From a virus (Duplodnaviria; Heunggongvirae; Uroviricota; Caudoviricetes): 23,762 bases of DNA. The stretch lies in IMG/VR virus record IMGVR_UViG_2531839524_000007; one strand, given 5' to 3'. The notes under the pieces are model-generated. The model was not told the origin of the DNA. It worked only from the letters and a program-made list of their open reading frames with translations, and ran no database searches. Shown in pieces: positions 17,021 to 23,762 of the stretch (positions are counted from its first letter, which is position 1; each line of letters starts with the position of its first letter). The position numbers were made by a program, and so were the translations under genes.

Positions 17021-18103
17021 TTAGAACTGGTAAACCATACCTACAGCAACGATATCATCGGTAGCAACGCCAGATGCTTTCGTGAAATCGCTCTTATCAA
17101 TCAGGTTGATTTTGTAATCAACAAAAGTGGACATATTTTTGTTGAAGTAATAGGTTGCACCTACATCAATATATTCAACCAGGTCCTGATCACCCCACGC
17201 ACCCAAGTCTTTTCCTTTAGATTGCAGGTAAGCAACGGACGGACGCAGACCGAAGTCGAACTGATATTGTGCAACTACTTCGAAGTTTTGTGCTTTGTTG
17301 GCAATATGGTTATTACCAAAAACAGTCATGTTCTGGGTTTCAGAATAGGTGGTAGCCAGATAGATGTTGTTCGCATCATATTTCAGACCAGCTGCCCATA
17401 CTTCAGCATTTTGACCAGATGCATTCAGGCTGTTGTTACCGTAGATAACCTGATTATTAGTGCGGTCAGATTTAGCATAGGTTGCACCTACACCGAATCC
17501 TTCATACTCATAAGTAGTGGAGAAACCGAAACCATCCCCATTAGCTTCAGTTACGTCAGTGCGGTCATTTTTACCCTGATACTGAGCAGCAAAGTTCAGA
17601 CCATCAACCAGACCAAAGAAGTCATTGTTACGATAAGTTGCAACACCTGTGGTGCGACCAGTCATGAATACATCTGTTTGGGTCCAGGTATCGCCACCGA
17701 ATTCTGGCAGAACGTCGGTCCATGCACCAATATCGTATGCTACACCGTAGTTACGGCCATAATCGATGGAGCCGTAGTCACCGAATTTCAGGCCAGCGAA
17801 GGCAAGACGGGTTTTATCTTTGGAGGAACCTTGAGATTCAGCGCGGTTGCCTTTGAATTCATATTCCCACTGACCGAAACCAGTCAGTTGATCGTTGATT
17901 TGGGTTTCACCTTTGAAGCCAAGACGGGCATAAGTAGTATCACCATCATCTGCATCATTAGAGGAGAAGTAGTGCTTAGCATTAACTTTCCCGTACAGAT
18001 CCAGCTTGTTACTGTCTTTATTATAAATTTCAGCTGCCTGAGCAGACATCGCCATCAGTACTGATGCAGCTACAGCAGAAATTGCCACTGTTAATTTTTT
18101 CAT
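17021..18103 (-). CDS. nmpC: General-diffusion porin, NmpC/OmpD-like, apparently intact
   Basis: ORF 17021..18163 on the track; start at [23 protein letters not shown] (signal peptide) at 18103; mature sequence [23 protein letters not shown]... and C-terminal ...GMVYQF typical of OmpC/OmpF-family porins; no interruption seen. Confidence 0.9.
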   Translation of the reverse strand: MKKLTVAISAVAASVLMAMSAQAAEIYNKDSNKLDLYGKVNAKHYFSSNDADDGDTTYARLGFKGETQINDQLTGFGQWEYEFKGNRAESQGSSKDKTRLAFAGLKFGDYGSIDYGRNYGVAYDIGAWTDVLPEFGGDTWTQTDVFMTGRTTGVATYRNNDFFGLVDGLNFAAQYQGKNDRTDVTEANGDGFGFSTTYEYEGFGVGATYAKSDRTNNQVIYGNNSLNASGQNAEVWAAGLKYDANNIYLATTYSETQNMTVFGNNHIANKAQNFEVVAQYQFDFGLRPSVAYLQSKGKDLGAWGDQDLVEYIDVGATYYFNKNMSTFVDYKINLIDKSDFTKASGVATDDIVAVGMVYQF

Positions 18104-18690
18104 CGTGAGCCCTTTTTTTGAACTATTATTAAAAAATGATGTCACTGCGCGATAAATATTCATCTAATCAATGTGATTATTTCAAGATGTAAGTTTTGGT
18201 TTCTCATTTGATTTGTGAAGTAGATCTCTATTTTTATCTGAACTTTTTCTATCGAATCCTATTCATGGCTCTTGGCTGAATAAAAATAAATCTATTAGCC
18301 AATTTATATTAATGGCTGTTATTTATAAGTGCTCTATAATTTGAAGGTTCAATTTAAACCAGCTAAAAATAACGCTGGAAATTATTTGTTGGTTATTTGT
18401 TGAGATTTGCTTATGTATTTGTAGTGGTGTTTTCAATACTCGGTAGCATTCTCGCAAATATCATTTAGTGGTTTACGTACGTAAAAAATTGGTTATGCTG
18501 TTAAGAGTGGTTACTTCGTCACACAGCTTAAACCCGCCGTCGAGCGGGTTTTTCCATTTTTTGAGTCTCGATATTAGCTGATAACCCAATACCTGAGTTA
18601 TTCACTGACTCCGAGTCTGTTACGTTTCTGCTTTTTTGCGATACGTTGTATTCCCTCAATTTACACCCGCTTTGTCTGCGAGGTGGGGTT

Positions 18691-18906
18691 ATGAAATCCA
18701 TGGATAAGTTAACAACGGGTGTCGCCTATGGCACCTCAGCAGGTAGTGCCGGTTACTGGTTTTTACAGCTGCTCGATAAAGTCACGCCCTCACAGTGGGC
18801 AGCAATAGGTGTGCTGGGTAGCTTGGTATTTGGCCTGCTGACGTACCTGACAAACCTTTATTTCAAGATTAAAGAAGATAAGCGCAAGGCTGCGAGAGGT
18901 GAATAA
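18691..18906 (+). CDS. essD: Holin (class II, dual-start motif MKSM)
   Basis: ORF 18646..18906 on the track; ATG 18691 after GAGGTGGGG; 71 aa with two TM segments and charged C-terminus; recalled as DLP12 EssD. Confidence 0.88.
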
Positions 18907-19403
18907 TGCCTCCATCATTACGAAAAGCCGTTGCTGCTGCTATTGGTGGCGGAGCAATTGCTATAGCATCAGTGTTAATCACTGGCCCAAGTGGTAACGA
19001 TGGTCTGGAAGGTGTCAGCGACATACCATACAAAGATATCGTTGGCGTATGGACTGTATGTCACGGGCATACAGGAAAAGACATCATTCCCGGTAAAACG
19101 TATACCGAAGCAGAATGCAAAGCCCTCCTGAATAAAGACCTTGCCACGGTAGCCAGACAAATTAACCCGTACATCAAAGTCGATATACCGGAAACAACGC
19201 GCGGCGCTCTTTACTCGTTCGTCTATAACGTGGGCGCAGGCAATTTCAGAACATCTACTCTTCTTCGCAAAATAAACCAGGGCGATATCAAGGGCGCATG
19301 TGACCAGCTACGTCGCTGGGCATACGCTGGCGGTAAGCAATGGAAAGGCCTGATGACTCGTCGTGAGATTGAGCGTGAGGTCTGTTTGTGGGGGCAACAA
19401 TGA
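18906..19403 (+). CDS. rrrD: Endolysin (lysozyme) with N-terminal SAR-type hydrophobic segment
   Basis: 165-aa ORF overlapping the holin stop; N-terminal [20 protein letters not shown]; recalled as RrrD/phage-21 R lysozyme. Confidence 0.9.
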   Translation: MPPSLRKAVAAAIGGGAIAIASVLITGPSGNDGLEGVSDIPYKDIVGVWTVCHGHTGKDIIPGKTYTEAECKALLNKDLATVARQINPYIKVDIPETTRGALYSFVYNVGAGNFRTSTLLRKINQGDIKGACDQLRRWAYAGGKQWKGLMTRREIEREVCLWGQQ

Positions 19404-19867
19404 GCAGGGTAACCGCGATTATCTCCGCTCTGGTTATCTGCATCATCGTCTGCCTGTCATGGGCTGTTAATCATTACCGTGATAATGCAATCGCCTACAA
19501 AGAACAGCGCGATAACAAGGCCAGTGAACTGGAGAAGGCGAACGCCACCATTACTGACATGCAGCAGCGCCAGCGTGATGCTGATGCACTCGATGATAAA
19601 TACACGAAGGAGTTAGCTGATGCGAAAGCTGAAAATGATGCTCTTCGGCGCAAGCTTGATAATGGTGGTCGGGTGCTCGTCAAAGGAAAATGCCCTGTGC
19701 CATCCTCAGCCGAAACCTCCAGCGCCTCCGGCATGGGCAATGATGCCACCGTCGAACTCTCTCCAGTTGCTGGACGAAACGTTCTCGGTATCCGGGACGG
19801 AATTATCCGCGACCAAACAGCACTGAGAACGCTTCAGGAATACATCAGGACGCAATGCCTTCGATGA
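19400..19867 (+). CDS. rzpD: Spanin inner-membrane subunit Rz
   Basis: ORF 19388..19867 on the track; ATG 19400 ([23 protein letters not shown]...) with N-terminal TM and coiled-coil; C-terminal third diverges from the K-12 sequence as recalled. Confidence 0.85.
   Translation: MSRVTAIISALVICIIVCLSWAVNHYRDNAIAYKEQRDNKASELEKANATITDMQQRQRDADALDDKYTKELADAKAENDALRRKLDNGGRVLVKGKCPVPSSAETSSASGMGNDATVELSPVAGRNVLGIRDGIIRDQTALRTLQEYIRTQCLR
19620..19826 (+). CDS. rzoD: Spanin outer-membrane lipoprotein Rz1, embedded in the +1 frame of Rz
   Basis: 68-aa ORF with lipobox VVGCSS and proline-rich mature part [11 protein letters not shown]; wholly inside Rz. Confidence 0.8.
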   Translation: MRKLKMMLFGASLIMVVGCSSKENALCHPQPKPPAPPAWAMMPPSNSLQLLDETFSVSGTELSATKQH

Positions 19868-20040
19868 TAGCGATAATTTTACTCATCATCCTTCACATCT
19901 GGCTCTGTAGACAGGGTGGTGCTCACTTCTGGAGTGAATCCAGATTAAACATCTCATTGCTGATGCTTGATATTGAGCATTTTGCGCGCGGTAAGGGGCT
20001 GCGTTGAGATAAGAACCAGTCATTACAAATACCAGGATTT

Positions 20041-20067
20041 AGCCTCGCATTCGCGGGGCTTTTTATT
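20041..20067 (+). terminator. Intrinsic terminator of the lysis operon
   Basis: Hairpin agcctcgc-attc-gcggggct followed by TTTTTATT. Confidence 0.6.
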
Positions 20068-20076
20068 GCCATTACA

Positions 20077-20102
20077 AAAGCCACTTCCTACAGAGTGGCT
20101 TT
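20077..20102 (-). terminator. Convergent hairpin, candidate terminator for minus-strand transcripts
   Basis: aaagccact-tcctacag-agtggcttt; on the minus strand the stem is followed by TTTTGTAAT. Confidence 0.45.
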
Positions 20103-20358
20103 GATAATGGTTTATACCCTACACGGGATAACTTAACTGATATCCCTTTTAAAGGATAAAGGTATTCAAGCCTGACACATCATGCGCTGTATCGTCGCCG
20201 TATTCCCGTATTAACAGAGACCGTAGCCCGACGGGGAACTCCTTCTGCGCGAGTGTGCGGGAATAATCAAAAACGATGCACACCGGGGTTACCGGGTACA
20301 CATATTTCATCATGCCAGCGAGTCCGGTTCTGGCACGGAAGAAACCGGACGTTATGAT

Positions 20359-20769
20359 TTAGTGCGGAAATATTTGTGTAGTGTTCTGAATGTTCTCAGT
20401 AAAGAGTAATGAATTATCAAAGGTATAGTAATACCTTTTGTTTTCGTGGATATTTGTAATCCATCTGAAAACCCCTGCTGTAGCAAGATTTTTCCTGTAT
20501 TCGTAAAATGATAACTCTCCTGATTTGAATCCTTTTAAGGTGGCTTCTATAAGGCATTTATTTTTTGAAAATCTTACATTTACAACCTTACCCTGTCCTT
20601 TTATTAAAACCGTATTATCGTTTTCAAGAACAAGATGAATATTCTCTGTAGCTAAATAGTAAATGTAATGTGAGACATTGTGACGTTTTAGTTCAGAATA
20701 AAACCAGTGATAGTTTAAATTATTTCGCACTTTATCGAATATTTGTTTAAAAATGGCAACCTGAGCCAT
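20359..20769 (-). CDS. ybcV: YbcV-like protein (DUF1398-type)
   Basis: ORF 20359..20784 on the track; start [43 protein letters not shown] at 20769; AT-rich; recalled as the DLP12 ybcV family. Confidence 0.6.
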   Translation of the reverse strand: MAQVAIFKQIFDKVRNNLNYHWFYSELKRHNVSHYIYYLATENIHLVLENDNTVLIKGQGKVVNVRFSKNKCLIEATLKGFKSGELSFYEYRKNLATAGVFRWITNIHENKRYYYTFDNSLLFTENIQNTTQIFPH

Positions 20770-20825
20770 TGTAGTACCTTCCATGTGATATGAGGGGCGT
20801 AGTCTGCACGATTATCTAAATTGCT

Positions 20826-21059
20826 TCAATCTGGTCTGATCTGTTTTCTGAGCAATTCAGTAATGTCACTCTTTTCTTTGTTTGCTTCAGGAGAAACTCT
20901 TTTTTCTGAGCACAGTCTCCGGCGGCAGGCTTCAATGACCCAGGCTGAGAAATTCCCGGACCCTTTTTGATCAAGAGCGATGTTAATTTGTTCAATCATT
21001 TGGTTAGGAAAGCGGATGTTGCGGATTGTTGTTCTGCGGGTTCTGTTCTTCGTTGACAT
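20826..21059 (-). CDS. ylcI: YlcI-like small protein
   Basis: 77-aa ORF MSTKNRTRRTTIRNIRFPNQMIEQINIALDQKGSGNFSAWVIEACRRRL...; recalled as the DLP12 ylcI family. Confidence 0.55.
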   Translation of the reverse strand: MSTKNRTRRTTIRNIRFPNQMIEQINIALDQKGSGNFSAWVIEACRRRLCSEKRVSPEANKEKSDITELLRKQIRPD

Positions 21060-21199
21060 GAGGTTGTCCCGTATTTAGTGTCGCTGATTTGTATTGTCTG
21101 AAGTTGTTTTTACGTTAAGTTGATGCAGATCAATTAATATGATACCTGCGTCATAATTGATTATTTGACGTGGTTTGATGGCGTAGATGCACGTTGTGA

Positions 21200-21440
21200 C
21201 ATGCAGATGATAATTATTATCATTTTGCGGGTCCTTTCCGGCGATCCGACAGGTTACGGGGCGGCGACCTCGCGGGTTTTCGCTATTTATGAAAAATTTC
21301 CGGTTTAAGGCGTTTCCGTTCTTCTTCGTCATAACTTAATGTTTTTATTTAAAATACCCTCTGAAAAGAAAGGAAACGACAGGTGCTGAAAGCGAGCTTT
21401 TTGGCCTCTGTCGTTTCCTTTCTCTGTTTTTGTCCGTGGA
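21200..21440. other. Lambda cos site (cosQ, cosN with cohesive-end sequence GGGCGGCGACCT at 21258-21269, cosB)
   Basis: About 200 nt from gggcggcgacctcgcgggttttcgctatttatgaaaa onward match the lambda left end as recalled, directly upstream of Nu1. Confidence 0.9.
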
Positions 21441-21447
21441 ATGAACA

Positions 21448-22029
21448 ATGGAAGTCAACAAAAAGCAGCTGGCTGACATTTTCGGTGCGAGTATCCGTAC
21501 CATTCAGAACTGGCAGGAACAGGGAATGCCCGTTCTGCGAGGCGGTGGCAAGGGTAATGAGGTGCTTTATGACTCTGCCGCCGTCATAAAATGGTATGCC
21601 AAAAGGGATGCTGAAATTGAGAACGAAAAGCTGCGCCGGGAGGTTGAAGAACTGCGGCAGGCCAGCGAGGCAGATCTCCAGCCAGGGACTATTGAGTACG
21701 AACGCCATCGACTTACGCGTGCGCAGGCCGACGCACAGGAACTGAAGAATGCCAGAGACTCCGCTGAAGTGGTGGAAACCGCATTCTGTACTTTCGTGCT
21801 GTCGCGGATCGCAGGTGAAATTGCCAGTATTCTCGACGGGATCCCCCTGTCGGTGCAGCGGCGTTTTCCGGAACTGGAAAACCGACATGTTGATTTCCTG
21901 AAACGGGATATCATCAAAGCCATGAACAAAGCAGCCGCGCTGGATGAACTGATATCGGTGCCGGTATTGAGAACACCCCTGACGGCATGCAGAGTCAGGT
22001 GCTGCTGGCAGCAGACAGGATTGCGATGA
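21448..22029 (+). CDS. nu1: Terminase small subunit Nu1; the C-terminal tail diverges because of a deletion junction
   Basis: [51 protein letters not shown]... matches lambda Nu1 through ...[13 protein letters not shown]; after about 21950 the sequence runs on as [24 protein letters not shown]. Confidence 0.85.
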   Translation: MEVNKKQLADIFGASIRTIQNWQEQGMPVLRGGGKGNEVLYDSAAVIKWYAKRDAEIENEKLRREVEELRQASEADLQPGTIEYERHRLTRAQADAQELKNARDSAEVVETAFCTFVLSRIAGEIASILDGIPLSVQRRFPELENRHVDFLKRDIIKAMNKAAALDELISVPVLRTPLTACRVRCCWQQTGLR

Positions 22030-22730
22030 TTAATCCTGCGAATGGCAACACAAAGCCGATGTTTGTTGGTCAGGGCGATCAGATATTCATGAATGAAGTG
22101 TTCCTGAAACGCCTGACGGCCCCCACCATTACCAGCGGCGGTAATCCTCCGGCATTTTCCCTGACATCAGACGGGAGACTGACGGCGAAAAATGCGGATA
22201 TCAGTGGCAGTGTGAATGCGAACTCAGGAACGCTCAACAATGTCACGATTAACCAGAACTGTACGATTAAGGGCATGCTGGAGGCGACCCAGGTCAGAGG
22301 TGACTTCGTTAAAGCTGTATCCAAATCATTCCCGAAACAGGCTGGTACGTGGGGTAACACGGAAACACCAAACGGGACGGTTACAGTCACCATCAGCGAT
22401 GATCATAACTTTGACCGTCAAATCATTATTCCGCCCATTATCTTTAACGGAATAGCGTATAGCGATCCGGGAAGTGGTAATAACCCGGGAGGTACAAGAT
22501 ACACGGGTTATGGTTTTGAAGTTCGCAAAAACGGTGTATTAATCGCATCCAGAGAAACTAAAGGGGCCATTCCCGGTAGCTACAGTGCGGTTATTGATAT
22601 GCCGAGTGGCAGGGGAAGCGTCACTCTGGAGTTTAAGGTTTTCCAGAAAGGCAATCAGGGGGCAGGCAATATCACCGACTGTACGGTGATTGTGACCAAA
22701 AAAGCCGCTTCCGGCATCAGTATTCGTTGA
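21987..22730 (+). pseudogene. 3' fragment of a tail host-specificity (J-like) gene fused behind truncated Nu1
   Basis: 247-aa ORF rich in Gly/Thr/Asn/Ser repeats typical of fiber/receptor-binding domains, ending about 70 nt before lom with a strong terminator between; terminase large subunit, portal, capsid and tail genes expected between Nu1 and J are absent; J identity is positional. Confidence 0.55.
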
Positions 22731-22742
22731 AATATTTATAAC

Positions 22743-22766
22743 CCCAATAAAGGGCGTCAGGAATGA
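22743..22766 (+). terminator. Intrinsic terminator after the J-like fragment
   Basis: Hairpin ggcgtca-ggaa-tgacgcc followed by TTTTTT. Confidence 0.65.
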
Positions 22767-22800
22767 CGCCTTTTTTATTGCAGAAAAGCGAGAGGTAATT

Positions 22801-23178
22801 ATGCGTAAACTTTATGCCGCCATTTTGTCCGCAGCCATTTGTCTGGCCGTATCCGGTGCGCCTGCATGGGCGTCTGAACATCAGTCCACGCTGAGCGCGG
22901 GGTATCTTCATGCCCGGACGAACGTTCCCGGCAGTGATGATCTGAACGGGATTAACGTGAAATACCGTTATGAGTTTACGGACACACTGGGGATGGTGAC
23001 GTCGTTCAGCTATGCAGGAGACAAGAATCGCCAGATTACCCGTTACAGCGATATTGGTGCACACACGCACTCCGTTGCGATTGGTTCACATGGACACACC
23101 ATCACCGTTAACGCTGCTGGTAACGCGGAAAACACCGTCAAAAACATCGCATTTAACTATATTGTGAGGCTTGCATAA
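22801..23178 (+). CDS. Chimeric ORF: Lom-family outer-membrane protein N-terminus (about 85 aa) fused in frame to the last about 40 aa of the side tail fiber Stf
   Basis: N-terminal signal peptide and [12 protein letters not shown] motif of Lom/Ail/PagC; C-terminal [40 protein letters not shown] recalled as the lambda Stf C-terminus; ORF ends where tfa begins. Confidence 0.75.
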   Translation: MRKLYAAILSAAICLAVSGAPAWASEHQSTLSAGYLHARTNVPGSDDLNGINVKYRYEFTDTLGMVTSFSYAGDKNRQITRYSDIGAHTHSVAIGSHGHTITVNAAGNAENTVKNIAFNYIVRLA

Positions 23179-23762
23179 TGGCATTCAGAATGAGTGAACA
23201 ACCACGGACCATAAAAATTTATAATCTGCTGGCCGGAACTAATGAATTTATTGGTGAAGGTGACGCATATATTCCGCCTCATACAGGTCTGCCAGCAAAC
23301 AGTACCGATATTGCACCGCCAGATATTCCGGCTGGCTTTGTGGCTGTTTTCAACAGTGATGAGGCATCGTGGCATCTCGTTGAAGATCATCGGGGAAAAA
23401 CCGTCTATGACGTGGCTTCCGGCGACGCGTTATTTATTTCTGAACTTGGCTCGTTACCGGAAAATGTCACCTGGTTATCGCCGGAAGGGGAATATCAGAA
23501 GTGGAACGGCACAGCCTGGGTGAAGGATACGGAAGCAGAAAAACTGTTCCGGATCCGGGAGGCGGAAGAAATAAAAAACAGCCTGATGCAGGTAGCCAGT
23601 GAGCATATAGCGCCACTTCAGGATGCTGTAGATCTGGAGATCGCAACGGAGGAAGAAACCTCATTGCTGGAAGCCTGGAAAAAATATCGGGTGTTGCTTA
23701 ACCGTGTTAATACAACAACTGCACCGGATATTGAATGGCCAACAGTACCCATTATCGAATAG
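23178..23762 (+). CDS. tfa: Tail fiber assembly protein Tfa
   Basis: 194-aa [94 protein letters not shown]... recognised as lambda Tfa; complete, stop is the last triplet of the window. Confidence 0.93.
   Translation: MAFRMSEQPRTIKIYNLLAGTNEFIGEGDAYIPPHTGLPANSTDIAPPDIPAGFVAVFNSDEASWHLVEDHRGKTVYDVASGDALFISELGSLPENVTWLSPEGEYQKWNGTAWVKDTEAEKLFRIREAEEIKNSLMQVASEHIAPLQDAVDLEIATEEETSLLEAWKKYRVLLNRVNTTTAPDIEWPTVPIIE

Larger units (their letters stand above)
1331..23762. mobile_element. Defective mosaic lambdoid prophage starting at attL; right end and attR lie beyond the window
   Basis: attL core followed by int, xis, recombination, immunity, replication, nin, Q, lysis, cos, Nu1 and tail-fiber remnants in canonical prophage order; head and tail genes missing. 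Confidence 0.85.

Noticed and set aside
17222-18064. 280-aa plus-strand ORF
   Set aside because: Lies entirely antisense within the porin gene, whose product has a signal peptide and porin C-terminus; treated as a shadow ORF
21349-21929. Minus-strand ORFs of 179 and 120 aa over cos and Nu1
   Set aside because: Antisense to Nu1 and spanning the cos site, which is non-coding in lambda
1-23762. attR, tRNA genes or rRNA genes
   Set aside because: No second copy of the 15-bp att core and no cloverleaf-like or rRNA-like sequence noticed; the prophage right end is presumably beyond the window

Overview
The window is a decayed, mosaic lambdoid prophage integrated at the classical lambda attachment site next to host gene ybhC (minus strand, 1-1284). 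All identifications are from reading the sequence and the ORF track and from recalled protein families; no database search was run. Left to right: attL with the 15-bp core GCTTTTTTATACTAA (1331-1345) and the phage P' arm; lambda-type int and xis; a leftward early operon (orf55, orf63, orf60a, exo, bet, gam, a Kil-position ORF) interrupted by two accessory genes (a plus-strand membrane protein and a TraR/DksA-type zinc finger); a non-lambda immunity region (CI-like HTH/S24 repressor, Cro-like protein, YdaT-like protein at the cII position) with no N gene; lambda-like O (with internal ori iterons), P and ren; a DLP12-like nin region (emrE, large serine recombinase ybcK, ybcN/ninB, ninE, ybcO, rusA, ylcG, Q antiterminator); an intact nmpC-type porin gene antisense between Q and the lysis cassette (holin, SAR lysozyme, Rz/Rz1); ybcV- and ylcI-like genes; a lambda cos site and Nu1. 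The morphogenetic region is largely deleted: Nu1 is joined near its 3' end to what looks like the 3' end of J, and lom is fused in frame to the 3' end of stf, followed by intact tfa. The best candidates for undescribed biology are two low-GC cargo loci: a 107-aa ORF plus a 260-aa HNH-motif protein in the nin region next to the serine recombinase, and a 3-TM membrane protein transcribed against the early-left operon near int/xis. No CRISPR array, tRNA or rRNA was seen.
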